DNA from: a virus
Lineage: Duplodnaviria; Heunggongvirae; Uroviricota; Caudoviricetes
Length of the DNA stretch: 64,000 bases
Strand: one strand, 5' to 3'
IMG/VR virus record: IMGVR_UViG_3300006139_000503
Shown here piece after piece: positions 19,801-28,821 of this stretch (the first letter of the stretch is position 1; every line of letters starts with the position of its first letter). Made by a program: the position numbers and the translations under genes. Under the pieces are notes generated by a model. It ran no database searches and was not told the DNA's origin. It was given only the letters and a program-made list of their open reading frames with translations.

Positions 19801-20034
19801 CAGCGATTCCGTTAAATAAATCTCTACCGAATGGATGTACCTTAACCCCGCCGCCTTACATGCCCCCCACTTTTCCGTCCAGTCCAACGGCTTCCCATGC
19901 TCAGATATGGATAACGTCTTCTGGCCATTTGCTACTGCTAACTCAATATAATCCTGGTACTTTGTACAGCTATCAAGCAGGCTCAATTCTGTATGGCAAT
20001 GATACATTTCATACCACCTGCTATTTGAATCCAC
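16834..20034 (-). CDS. dnaE: DNA polymerase III alpha subunit (DnaE-type, PHP domain N-terminus)
   Basis: N-terminal PHP motif MYHCHTELSLLDSCTKYQDYIELAVANG. Start ambiguous (20034-20130); I chose a GTG with GGAGG upstream. About 1066-1098 aa. Confidence 0.85.
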   Translation of the reverse strand: MDSNSRWYEMYHCHTELSLLDSCTKYQDYIELAVANGQKTLSISEHGKPLDWTEKWGACKAAGLRYIHSVEIYLTESLEPKVRDNYHTVLMARNMEGVMELNKLVSLSCNKEHSYYTNRITFDEFLGISDNIISTSACLASPLNKLPEDHPRYMELARKYDFFEIQPHNHPDQVAFNRRLLKLSRDIGTPLIAGTDTHSSSKYKAECRSVLISAKGKSYGDEDAFDLSYKTYDELVEMFRAQNALPEDEYMQAISNTRLLYDMTEDIELDTSIKYPILYGTRKADSKIFTETAHRKLDEKLEAGIIPRSQEAAFRTAIEEEMRVFRKLEMDGFMLSMSELISWCKEQGMAIGTARGSVGGSRVAYVMDIIDLNPETWNTVFSRFCNEDRIEIGDIDIDCVESDRPAIFEHIVKRFGRDRTARVASFGTLQDKGVIDEVGRYLAKKWNAEHYNGEKVWDTHEGRYFDKEVPNNPWSLKDIARIKDEYAADPDKTKQKYPELFYYFDGLLGTKISQSVHPAGMVISPITLNDNFGVFEKDGEICLMLDMENVHDYTGLAKYDFLILKTVQVIRDTCRYLGKPYPKTHEVDWCDKRVWESMVRNPSGIFQFEGVFAFECLKRFAPKSIFDMSIVTACIRPSGTSYRDALLARQPHKNPSAIIDELLKDNLGYLIYQEDTIKFLQEICGLSGSEADNIRRAIGRKQKDRLDAAMPSILEGYCNKSPQPREIAESEAKEFLQIIEDSASYQFGYNHSIAYCLLGYLCAYYRYYFPLEFITAFLNNAANDDDIKSGTSYANKIGIQVTMPKWGVSKGEYFFDKDRNIIAKGISSIKYMSSGVAEEIFRIAHEGKYTRFVDVLTAIDTKSSLNTRQLDILIKIDFFSEFGNQRELIRIADLFYGMFKKGQAKKINKEKVDGTALEPIVSKYAVGMTKSGGVAKSYTLLDVESILRETEDAIKAMHMEDLSLLLKVQNFEEVMGYAGYVSGKEEDRPKLYVLDVYVLVRKKDKKQFGFSVVTKSIGSGIESRFTVLNRVYDKEPVKKGDIIYCKNYEIDGQYFRMTSYAKMFQT

Positions 20035-20141
20035 CGCATCACCTCCCGCTATTTTTATCCCCTGATTTGATTGGGCGTAAATCCGTAAAACTTCCACACA
20101 AGGTATTGCAAATTTGCAACACCTTTGCAAAACGCTAAATC

Positions 20142-21122
20142 TTATCTATATCTCAGCCTCTGCCTGTAAAGTGTCTCAAATACATTCAACCCTTTATCAA
20201 CTGGCGCATCTTTTTCATACAACAGATTATCCTTATCCCAAAGATACTCAACATTGACGTATTGCTTCAGCCGTCTGATATTATGGTCTTTTCTTATCTG
20301 AACGTCCTTATCAAGCGCAAATACCACCCTCACGCCAAGCCTCGCAAGCACCTTCATCTGTGCTGGATTTAAGTGCGATGTCAACAATGCCCCGGTATTT
20401 CGGATTCCCCATGAGTACGCCAGCAATACTGATTTGCATCCTTCGAACAGGATAACTTCATGTTTTGCCAGTATTTCTTCCATATTCTCGAACAGTCCGT
20501 ATATTACATCCATTTCCCCCCATGAAGAAAAGTACGTGTATTTGCGCAGGTCTTTTTCTTTCCATCCCGGGTCGAGCGTCCTGCCGCCGATGTTTACCAT
20601 CTGCCCTTCCATATTATAGATAGGATATACCAAGCGGTTCGAAAACCCATCGTAGTACACTTGGAACCTATCGAGGGCTTCCTTTGAAATCCCCTCAGAT
20701 TCCCAAACCGCAAGCTTCTCTCTGCGTTTTTCGTATCTCTCCATATAATTATCCGGAAATGCTTTTGCTTTGGATGCTTTTCTTCCTGACTTTTTATGCA
20801 AATACTTCCTACAAGCCGCCGTCGCCGCCATTTTCTGGCTTGGACGTATCTCCCCGTCATATCCCGCATACTCTTTCAGGATGTCTACAGCCTTTTTCGC
20901 ACTGCATTTGTTGTAGAACTTCACGAACGTAAACACATTCCCGCCAATGCCGCTGGAGAAACAATAGAAACTCTTCGTTTCCCCCCGCACAGAGAACGAC
21001 GGCGTTTTTTCTGATGAGAAAGGGCTTAACCCCCAATGCTCACCGTTTTTCTCTTCAAGCTCCACAAATTGGGATATATATTCAACAATATCTATGCAAT
21101 TTATTAACTCTTCAAGTTCCAC
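20142..21122 (-). CDS. dnaG: DNA primase (CHC2 zinc finger + Toprim)
   Basis: CHC2-type zinc-binding region (GLSPFSSEKTPSFSV...FYCFSSGIGGNVFTFV) followed by a Toprim-like segment. GTG start. Confidence 0.7.
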   Translation of the reverse strand: MELEELINCIDIVEYISQFVELEEKNGEHWGLSPFSSEKTPSFSVRGETKSFYCFSSGIGGNVFTFVKFYNKCSAKKAVDILKEYAGYDGEIRPSQKMAATAACRKYLHKKSGRKASKAKAFPDNYMERYEKRREKLAVWESEGISKEALDRFQVYYDGFSNRLVYPIYNMEGQMVNIGGRTLDPGWKEKDLRKYTYFSSWGEMDVIYGLFENMEEILAKHEVILFEGCKSVLLAYSWGIRNTGALLTSHLNPAQMKVLARLGVRVVFALDKDVQIRKDHNIRRLKQYVNVEYLWDKDNLLYEKDAPVDKGLNVFETLYRQRLRYR

Positions 21123-21166
21123 CGCCGCTTCCCCCTTTTTGCTAATTATTTAATTATCTTGACTGG

Positions 21167-22498
21167 CTAATATGGAACATTAGGAATATGTTGCTTTGCC
21201 TGTTCGTATGATATCAGGTTCCCGTTAAACTGCAGGTCTATGTACTCCCCCGCTGCGTGCTGCATACCATTCCGGTTCAGGATGACCCTCAGCTTTTTAT
21301 TGCCGCATTCAGCGCCGTCATTTGCTACTTCTTCCGGGGTTTTGTCTTGAATGATAGCGATTGTGCTTGCATTTCTTCCTATCTTAGCTGAATCTGCAAC
21401 CTTCCCTGTATTCGTAGCCTGCGCTGCGCCCACACCGCAAATTCCCATATCGCCGCATATTTTGTTCTTCACCATATCTACAAAACGCCCCAGCTCCTGG
21501 TAAGAATCAAATGCATCCCCATCCCCGGAACCTTTAAAATAATCCACAATCAGTACGTCAAGCCCCATCGTATGCTTCACCTTTTTGACTGCCGTGTAAA
21601 TCGTCTGCTGGTCAAACATCGGTATGTAGATATGCGTGAACTTCCGGGTCTTCAGCCAAGCCATTGCCTGCGAAATCTTTTCCGCTTCTTCGTCATTGTA
21701 ATTTCCTGCAGTCAGCCGCTTATACTCTACCCCTGACAGATGCGCCAGTATCCTGGCCGTAAACAGCCTTGTGTTCAGCTCACTGTCCAGATATAAAACC
21801 GCAAGGTCTTTCTTCAGCAAATCAACTGCGCAATTCAAAAGCATCATGGACTTTCCCTGCTTCGCTTCTGCCGCAAATATGAATAATTCACCCGGTTCTA
21901 TGGTGGCATATTCATTTAAAGCACTGAACTTAAACTGTATGCCGGAATAACCGCATCCCTGCCTGGATTTAATTTCTTCCCAGCACCCATCAATGACTTC
22001 ACTATACGCCGGGACATCATTCGCTGTAGAAAACTCTGTCATTACATCATCAATGATGGAGTAAATCTTCTGCTCTATGTCTGCTTCGCTCCTGTTATAG
22101 CATAGTGCCTGGCATTCCTTGAGCCTCTGGAATGTATCCCGCCGGAAGGCCGCATCCATCACATTATCTACAAGCATCTTATACTCTTCAACAGAATTCC
22201 TCGCCAGAATATCGCTCATTTCCATAAACTCGTTTAATTTTTCAATCGTCAGCTCATCTGCATACTTCCTTGTCGCTTCTGACGCATTTAGGCTCTCTAT
22301 AATATTGTACGAGTCAATTGTCATAATCCCGCGCCTCACAAGGTCGCCTATTGCCGTATACACACAGCGGTTCTCTTTATTCGTGAAATGGTTCGGCAGT
22401 AAATGCTCCGAATAAAATATAAATTCCGGCTTGTGTATCAGCGATGCGATAATGCCCGCCTCGCTCTCCAAGCTGTTAATATCATCCACACTGGTCAT
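21167..22498 (-). CDS. dnaB: Replicative DNA helicase (DnaB family)
   Basis: DnaB N-terminal domain (LESEAGIIASLIHKPEFIF) and RecA-like core (FAAEAKQGKSMMLLNCAVDLL..., IYIPMFDQQ). The start was chosen at the internal ATG to avoid overlap with the upstream gene. Confidence 0.8.
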   Translation of the reverse strand: MTSVDDINSLESEAGIIASLIHKPEFIFYSEHLLPNHFTNKENRCVYTAIGDLVRRGIMTIDSYNIIESLNASEATRKYADELTIEKLNEFMEMSDILARNSVEEYKMLVDNVMDAAFRRDTFQRLKECQALCYNRSEADIEQKIYSIIDDVMTEFSTANDVPAYSEVIDGCWEEIKSRQGCGYSGIQFKFSALNEYATIEPGELFIFAAEAKQGKSMMLLNCAVDLLKKDLAVLYLDSELNTRLFTARILAHLSGVEYKRLTAGNYNDEEAEKISQAMAWLKTRKFTHIYIPMFDQQTIYTAVKKVKHTMGLDVLIVDYFKGSGDGDAFDSYQELGRFVDMVKNKICGDMGICGVGAAQATNTGKVADSAKIGRNASTIAIIQDKTPEEVANDGAECGNKKLRVILNRNGMQHAAGEYIDLQFNGNLISYEQAKQHIPNVPY

Positions 22499-23288
22499 AC
22501 GCACCACCACCCTTCCAATAGCAGCAATGGCTACTGTAACTGCAAATATACCTGCATCCAAAAAATTCTATATTAGGCGGAAATTCATCCACATCTAATA
22601 TCTCTCGGATTTTCCCCTCTGCCCACAACAGGGCTTCGTGGTAAGCATCCTCCCTAAATGGTTCTTCGATGAGCATCCCTGTCTTGAAGCAGTTAAAGCA
22701 TAACAGCTTTGGCAATTTCCCATATTTTTGCCGTACCGCTTCCGCATAAATGTAAAGCTGCCGCAACATGATATCCAGTTCTTTATCCTTGAGCGTAGGC
22801 TTTGCCCTTCCGCTCCGCGGCTTCAAATCCCTCGACTTGTTATCCACAATCACATACTCCCCATCCTCTGTCCCCAAGTAATCTATACGCCCAGTAAATA
22901 ACATCCCGCCGATGTGGAAATCAATCTTTTCTTCGACGGACACCATATCAAAGCGCAGCGGCTTTAAATTCCTTATATACTCCTTGCCGCTCTGGAAATA
23001 TTTCCTGACAGTACCTGGGTTTGGCCTCCCGGCTCCCTGCGTCCTCTCTGGAAACTGCGTCAGGAATGCCAACATGACCTCATCCTTTGCCATTTTTGCG
23101 GTATAGTAGCTTTCAAGCAGCTCATGCATGAACAGGCCGTATACTGCATAGAACTTATCCTCTTTCATAAGTTTTGGATAGTGGATATACTGCAAATACC
23201 ATCGGTAAGGACAGCTATCAAACGCTTCAAGCCTGCTATAACTCCAGGTCATGTCCTTAATTAGCTCACGGTATATAGATTCTCCCAT
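22482..23288 (-). CDS. PD-(D/E)XK nuclease, Cas4/RecB-like exonuclease with Fe-S cysteines
   Basis: Pattern WSYSRLEAFDSCPYRWYLQYI, with C-terminal cysteines (CRYICSYSSHCCYW) typical of Cas4-like phage exonucleases. Confidence 0.7.
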   Translation of the reverse strand: MGESIYRELIKDMTWSYSRLEAFDSCPYRWYLQYIHYPKLMKEDKFYAVYGLFMHELLESYYTAKMAKDEVMLAFLTQFPERTQGAGRPNPGTVRKYFQSGKEYIRNLKPLRFDMVSVEEKIDFHIGGMLFTGRIDYLGTEDGEYVIVDNKSRDLKPRSGRAKPTLKDKELDIMLRQLYIYAEAVRQKYGKLPKLLCFNCFKTGMLIEEPFREDAYHEALLWAEGKIREILDVDEFPPNIEFFGCRYICSYSSHCCYWKGGGAYDQCG

Positions 23289-23312
23289 CCTTTAACCTCA
23301 AGCTATGCTATC

Positions 23313-23705
23313 TTAGAAAGGCAGGAGGGAATCTTCAACCTCCCCACTGTCAACAGGACTGCTTGGCTCCTGAAAAAACCCGTTAGATGAACCAGAACCC
23401 CCGGCATCAATCTCCGCCTTCGTTTCGAAGCTGAATACCTTAAAATTCGTATAGGTAACGTTTTTTTCTTTGACATACTTGGTGGACACATCCACATCCC
23501 CAAGTCGGATTTTATCCTTCTCTTTCAGCATCGAGGCTTTCCTGGCAACTGCTGTCCCGATAAAGTCAACAAACCCTGAAAAATCCGTCTCATATTCGCC
23601 TGACTGCTTGTTACGCTTACTAATAGAAATACGCGCCTTGGTTCTCATATCCGATGCTGCTTCTACACTCCAAACTGTTGCATAGCTCCCTGTCCTGAAT
23701 CCCAT
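23313..23705 (-). CDS. ssb: Single-stranded DNA-binding protein
   Basis: OB-fold SSB with a glycine-rich linker and an acidic C-terminal tail ending DSLLPF. Confidence 0.8.
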   Translation of the reverse strand: MGFRTGSYATVWSVEAASDMRTKARISISKRNKQSGEYETDFSGFVDFIGTAVARKASMLKEKDKIRLGDVDVSTKYVKEKNVTYTNFKVFSFETKAEIDAGGSGSSNGFFQEPSSPVDSGEVEDSLLPF

Positions 23706-23709
23706 AATC

Positions 23710-24405
23710 TTACTCTCCTTTTATATATTTAGTATTGAAATCTTCCAGAAGCTTAGCTGCCAATGCCGGCTCCTTGATTGCAAGGTAATTTGCATTTTTT
23801 GCATACTTGCTGACAAACTTCTTTACCTCGTCAGCCTTGTCCTGATTGTCCGCCAGGAACTGTTTGATAATGCCGTCAAATTCCGCAGTAATCTCTTCTG
23901 CAATCGCCCTGTCTTCCGATTCTGCCGCAACTTTCTGCTTGCTCCTGTATGCATCTACATCCGAATCAGCCTGGGCAATCTGGAAATACGATGTCAGGAA
24001 ATACCTTGTACAATATGTAAGCCCTGAACCGAATGCCTGTGAAGGGTCTCCCTGTGCGCCAGTGACAAACCACGGCACGTCGATGAACTCTTCCGGGTTA
24101 TCGTCATTAACCCACCGAAATACCATATCCGCCGTAGCCAGCATTTCTGTCGTGGTGCTGTCATAAGCCTTCCCTGTCTTATCAAACTTCGTATTAACGG
24201 TCACATTCTGGCATACCTTTGCAGTCCCTGGGACAATCTGTGGAATTAGGGAAACCCCATATTTCTTCATCCCCGCTGTTATCTTCGCCAAAATTGATGT
24301 AATATCCGCATAGGTATAGTTATACCCACGTTTTTCCTTAGATACCACATCCGATATCGCACGGATTTTTGCAAGCTTCTGTACTAAATTCAACTTTTCT
24401 TCCAT
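23710..24405 (-). CDS. ERF-family single-strand annealing protein
   Basis: N-terminal region KLAKIRAISDVVSKEKRGYNYTYADITSILAKITAGMKKYGVSLIP is typical of Erf. It is adjacent to SSB. Confidence 0.55.
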   Translation of the reverse strand: MEEKLNLVQKLAKIRAISDVVSKEKRGYNYTYADITSILAKITAGMKKYGVSLIPQIVPGTAKVCQNVTVNTKFDKTGKAYDSTTTEMLATADMVFRWVNDDNPEEFIDVPWFVTGAQGDPSQAFGSGLTYCTRYFLTSYFQIAQADSDVDAYRSKQKVAAESEDRAIAEEITAEFDGIIKQFLADNQDKADEVKKFVSKYAKNANYLAIKEPALAAKLLEDFNTKYIKGE

Positions 24406-24420
24406 AATCTTATCCTTTCT

Positions 24421-25188
24421 TTACGCCGCACGGTATTTCTCCCGGAGTTTCCCCATAATCCATACCTGCCCTTTCCCGGTAATGACTGTCTTAGGGAACA
24501 CCCTTGTACCATACGCCGTATCTTTTTTAACCTCGGCTACATCAAAATACCCACGGTTAATGTATTCCTGGTACGGCATCCTGTTTTCTTTGAGAATCCC
24601 GCTCTGCTTCAGCCATCTAATGAGCCTGTTTCTTCCAATCCTGATATTCTCGTCATTCAGAACCTTAGCCATTTCTTCCATATCAATCGTGTCTGACCCC
24701 TGCGATACCTGCAAAGCAAAATCTACAAGCGGCTTCTGTTCTACCAACTGTTTCTCTTTCTCCTGAATAAGAGAATCTTTCTCTTCAATCTGCTTCTGGG
24801 CAATCATCAGTGCTTTAGCCACAAGCTCTTCATCCGACATTTTTTCCTGCCCGTCTATATATCCTCCGTACTTACGAACTGACGGTAAGACTTCGTTTGT
24901 CACCCAATGTTTGAACCTCCTAGCTGATTCAAGCCTGCTTCCAAAAATCAAAGCATACATTCCAGACTCGTTAATAACCGTCATCCCTCTTGGAGATTCA
25001 AAAGTACCGTTTTGGTAGTTTTGCCTGTCTTCCTCGACAACATGTCGATTAATATCTCTACTTCCATTCTGGTATCCTAACGCCGTTGCCACATCTCTCC
25101 CCACAAACCACGGCTCACCATCAATGTTCACTGTTCTAACATCTCCAAATTCTTCATTGCTAAAAATTTTCACTTCATTCTTTTCCAT
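24421..25188 (-). CDS. Phage antirepressor, Bro-N domain with C-terminal KilA-C-like domain
   Basis: Bro-N signature FSNEEFGDVRTVNIDGEPWFVGRDVATALGY. 255 aa. Confidence 0.7.
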   Translation of the reverse strand: MEKNEVKIFSNEEFGDVRTVNIDGEPWFVGRDVATALGYQNGSRDINRHVVEEDRQNYQNGTFESPRGMTVINESGMYALIFGSRLESARRFKHWVTNEVLPSVRKYGGYIDGQEKMSDEELVAKALMIAQKQIEEKDSLIQEKEKQLVEQKPLVDFALQVSQGSDTIDMEEMAKVLNDENIRIGRNRLIRWLKQSGILKENRMPYQEYINRGYFDVAEVKKDTAYGTRVFPKTVITGKGQVWIMGKLREKYRAA

Positions 25189-25765
25189 CAGATTTCTTCC
25201 CTTCTTTTATATACGTCGCACTTTCGTCTGCTACATGCAGCAACCATGCAAACGGCAACTGCTCATATACGTTTCCTACATCCTTATTGCCATCCCAACA
25301 GCTCATATGGCAATTAATTGCCACAGCTTCTTCTGGTGTTAGCCTGATGAAATGTTGCGCTAAAAATACCGATTTGCTTCCATGCCCGCCAAAACAGAAT
25401 TTTTCGCTTACTTTATATGCATCATAGCTCTCCCATTGCCCCTGCTCATTTTTCCTGTTCCGTTTCTCGACAATATAATAATTGACTTTGCACAAATCAT
25501 GGAGCAATGCGGCGATGATTACACTTTCATCTTGTGATTTTACTTCTGGATATGCTGCCAAAAGCCGAACAAATTCGTCATACACATTCAGTGAATGCTC
25601 ACACAATCCACCCCGGTAATTCCCATGATATGCCCTTGACGCAGGTGCTTCGAAGAAATCCGTATCTTCCAGCCATTTCACCAGCTCATCTATACCATCA
25701 CGCTGGACTGTCGTAAGCAGCAAAACGAATCTGTCATGATTCGCTGTTCTTTTCTCATCAGTCAT
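25175..25765 (-). CDS. HD-domain phosphohydrolase
   Basis: HD motif in IIAALLHDLCK and conserved His residues. 196 aa. Confidence 0.6.
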   Translation of the reverse strand: MTDEKRTANHDRFVLLLTTVQRDGIDELVKWLEDTDFFEAPASRAYHGNYRGGLCEHSLNVYDEFVRLLAAYPEVKSQDESVIIAALLHDLCKVNYYIVEKRNRKNEQGQWESYDAYKVSEKFCFGGHGSKSVFLAQHFIRLTPEEAVAINCHMSCWDGNKDVGNVYEQLPFAWLLHVADESATYIKEGKKSDGKE

Positions 25766-25808
25766 TAGAGTCCCTCCTTTCTTTCCTATTTTTGGACTTG
25801 CGTCCGAG

Positions 25809-25870
25809 CATGGATAGCCGGAATCGAACCGGCATTATCAGAAACCCTGATACGCACCAATGCATCCATG
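25809..25870 (-). ncRNA. tRNA-like element (perfect acceptor stem and T-arm, but too short for a canonical tRNA)
   Basis: The minus strand reads CATGGAT-gcattggtgcgtatcagggtttctgataat-GCCGGTTCGATTCCGGC-t-ATCCATG. It has a 7-bp acceptor stem and a GCCGG/TTCGATT/CCGGC T-arm. Only about 30 nt separate them, so D-arm and anticodon arm cannot both be canonical. Confidence 0.25.
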
Positions 25871-25915
25871 TTATTGGCAGTTGCCCACGATGGGGCAACT
25901 ACAATGTCTAAGCCA

Positions 25916-26692
25916 TCAGCTTACTTTACTTAACCTCATATGGGTATTAGCATCTTTAATCATCTCTTCCAGATACAATGGAACCTCGTACGCATTCACA
26001 GCCTCATGCGCCGCACAAATGTATCTTCTTTTCAGAGCCTTGTAAGATTTCGGCCTCCCATCCTCTGCGTATAACCCAAACTCACGTCTAATCTGGTCGT
26101 AAATATCGCGGTAAACCTTTGAGCGGATATTCGTGTCTTTGTAGGCTTCTGACTGCTTCCCGCCAAGAACCGCGACCCCTTTCCTTTTTACGTGATTTGA
26201 AAGCTCATCCGCTTCGGAACCATACAGAGGGATGTCAAATTCTAATCTGTTGATGCGTGTGTCCATCTGCTTGATTTCTGCATCGTGACGGTTCAGAACT
26301 TCCACCGACTGCTGAATAATTTCCAACTGGGTGAGCGGCCTCCTTATCCGAAAATATGTATCCACCAAGTGGCCATATACTTCCCAAGCTTTATCGGTAT
26401 TCAGGGACTTGGCATGAAGGAATGCGCCTTTCTCTGTCCAAAGGTAGAACTTATTGGCATTTGGCAAAACATCATTTTGATTTTTTGCCCTGAATTCCCT
26501 TAATTCCTTCCCAGTCAAACAAATAAAGTGCTCTCCTTCTTCGTACCTATCCTTATTGCGATTAAAATTGTTTATAACGACCTGCGTCTCAGTTTCATAT
26601 GCTTCTGCAATCTGTTTCGTCGTCAATACCCGAATATTCTTATACTCTGTCACTACTAAATTACCCATTTCTCTAAATCCTCCTATTTGCAT
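25916..26692 (-). CDS. ORF6N-domain phage regulatory protein (antirepressor-like)
   Basis: The N-terminal segment LVVTEYKNIRVLTTKQIAEAYETETQVVINNFNRNKDRYEEGEHFICL matches the ORF6N domain. Confidence 0.6.
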   Translation of the reverse strand: MQIGGFREMGNLVVTEYKNIRVLTTKQIAEAYETETQVVINNFNRNKDRYEEGEHFICLTGKELREFRAKNQNDVLPNANKFYLWTEKGAFLHAKSLNTDKAWEVYGHLVDTYFRIRRPLTQLEIIQQSVEVLNRHDAEIKQMDTRINRLEFDIPLYGSEADELSNHVKRKGVAVLGGKQSEAYKDTNIRSKVYRDIYDQIRREFGLYAEDGRPKSYKALKRRYICAAHEAVNAYEVPLYLEEMIKDANTHMRLSKVS

Positions 26693-26912
26693 ATTAGTTA
26701 TCTGTTTTTTTAGCTAAACGATTTTCTTTTATTGGCGAAAGTTGTGGAAACCAAATCAGCCAAATCTTGGCTTTATTATAGAAACTTTCCCGGTGTTTCT
26801 CTTTTCACCTGCACCCTAAATCTAGGGTGCAGCTATCAAAACCCTCTCTTTGCGAATTATTTTTTTATCTTGATTTGTGTAATTGAAAGCCCGCCATATA
26901 GCAGGCTCTTTT

Positions 26913-27872
26913 TTACCCTTTGTAAATCCACGCAAGCTTCCATCTCTGGTAGTCTTCTTCGTAGTCCTTCACAAGCTGTCGCTGTTTTGCGCCTAAGGTT
27001 CTTCTCCCTTGCCCCAGCTCGTATGTCTTTCCTTCCATCTGTTGAATGACAATCGGGTTAAAGTCCGGAGTTCTCCCGCATAGCTCTTCCTCATACGCCC
27101 GGTAAAACAATCCGGACATCCATACTCTGAAGTAGCTTAGCTTTAACGGCGTCTTGTCGCTTTTCCCCCTAGACCTCCTTGAAAGTTCTGTCCTGATAGA
27201 GCTTACTGTTGGCAGCGCCCTGACGCCCCTCACCAACGTATCTCCTGCCACCCTGTCCTTCCATACTGTCTTTGTATAATTAGGATGATTAAACAAAAAC
27301 TGCTCAAGCTCCACACAGTTATGGAATGCCTGTAACGACTCTGGATACATTTGGACTACTGTATTCTTCTGAGGATAGTTCACAACCATATTCCGGAAAT
27401 CAACATCCGAACACTTAATGTCCAGTATATCCTTTTCTTCAACCCCTGCATATGCCAGCCAGTAGAAACATCTGTATATATTATCTGTTCCACCTTTTCC
27501 TTCCGGCTCACATATCGCATCCAAATAATTCTGAAGATGTTTAGGACTTGATACTGTCTGCTCCCTTACTTTTTCCAACCCAACATCCGTGATATTCAGC
27601 ATCCCGTCACATGCCCCTGGCACGTTCCTTCCAATGCACCATCTCACATAGTCCTTTAGGATAATTAAGCGCATCCATTTGCTCCGAACTCTCAGTCCCA
27701 CAATCCTATCAATGACGGGCTGTAACTCTTCCTTACTCTTCGTGCATAAATCCGCACCCCATTCTTCCTCTACCGGCGCTATAGCATTAAAAATCGTCTC
27801 ACATACAAGAGCTGTAGATATGCTTGTAATCTGTTCCCGGATAAAATTCTTTTTCAATTCCGCATTGTACAT
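26913..27872 (-). CDS. Hypothetical protein
   Basis: 319-aa ORF. It is co-directional with the module and I recognise no domain. Confidence 0.4.
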   Translation of the reverse strand: MYNAELKKNFIREQITSISTALVCETIFNAIAPVEEEWGADLCTKSKEELQPVIDRIVGLRVRSKWMRLIILKDYVRWCIGRNVPGACDGMLNITDVGLEKVREQTVSSPKHLQNYLDAICEPEGKGGTDNIYRCFYWLAYAGVEEKDILDIKCSDVDFRNMVVNYPQKNTVVQMYPESLQAFHNCVELEQFLFNHPNYTKTVWKDRVAGDTLVRGVRALPTVSSIRTELSRRSRGKSDKTPLKLSYFRVWMSGLFYRAYEEELCGRTPDFNPIVIQQMEGKTYELGQGRRTLGAKQRQLVKDYEEDYQRWKLAWIYKG

Positions 27873-28077
27873 ATAAGGCCTCCCCTCCGCGTAATGGGCT
27901 GTTATATCTTAATATTGCCCTTTCCGTTTTAGACATAAGCAACTCTGGCTTTATACAAGAAACCGCTGGCAATGCCAGCAGATAGACGCTCCAAAAGCTC
28001 AGTTCCTGTATGTTCTTTCCTACAAAATAACACACTTCCATCCACTTGTCAAGATAATTCTAAAATCCGCTTTTAGG

Positions 28078-28494
28078 CTATCTAACGTCGATTTTCTCCT
28101 GAGCAATGATGGTATATGTATCATCACCAGTCTCGTCTCTGCTCTCGCATACAACAGTGAAAAGGTCACCTAATACTGTCTTTTCTATAAAAATATGCTT
28201 TATACTGTCAAATTCAAGCCAGTTTTGCCTATACTTCGTATTCTTCTCAGAGTTGTCATTGTATATACATATCCTGTTTGGGTTAAAGCTAATTCTCATG
28301 TGGTAATACGTTGCAGTTGTCCTAATTGTGCAGCTCGGAGCAAACCATTTCTGGTTTCGTATCTCAAAGACATACCTGTAAAACTCTTTTCCCGCACAAT
28401 ATTCCTTAAATTCTTTCAGAGACAGCTTTAACCTCGTCTTTTTCTGGTTCATTGGTAGTATCCCTCCATTGACTTTTTGTTTATGTTGTGGCAT
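28078..28494 (-). CDS. Hypothetical protein
   Basis: 138-aa ORF in operon context. Confidence 0.35.
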   Translation of the reverse strand: MPQHKQKVNGGILPMNQKKTRLKLSLKEFKEYCAGKEFYRYVFEIRNQKWFAPSCTIRTTATYYHMRISFNPNRICIYNDNSEKNTKYRQNWLEFDSIKHIFIEKTVLGDLFTVVCESRDETGDDTYTIIAQEKIDVR

Positions 28495-28821
28495 ACTACA
28501 ATATGAATAAGTGTTTTACTTCTATCACTTATTTACATTGTAGCGGCTTGTTGCTTGGTCGTTACGTATGTTTTGTCTTTAGCCGAGCGGCAACTCGGCT
28601 GTTGATTCCATTTTGGATGTTGCCGGGAATGATACCCGGCTATAAAGCAGTTATTGCAATTGAGCTGTCACTCAGTTGCAACCTTTTCTTGTGTAGCTGG
28701 GCGGCACCCCGGCTACACTTTCTTCTTATTCCCCAAACTGCCTTGTCAATTTAAGGAACATTTGTTTGCTTTTTTTATATTATCACAAAAGTATGTATGA
28801 TGTCAATAGTATTTTTATTGA

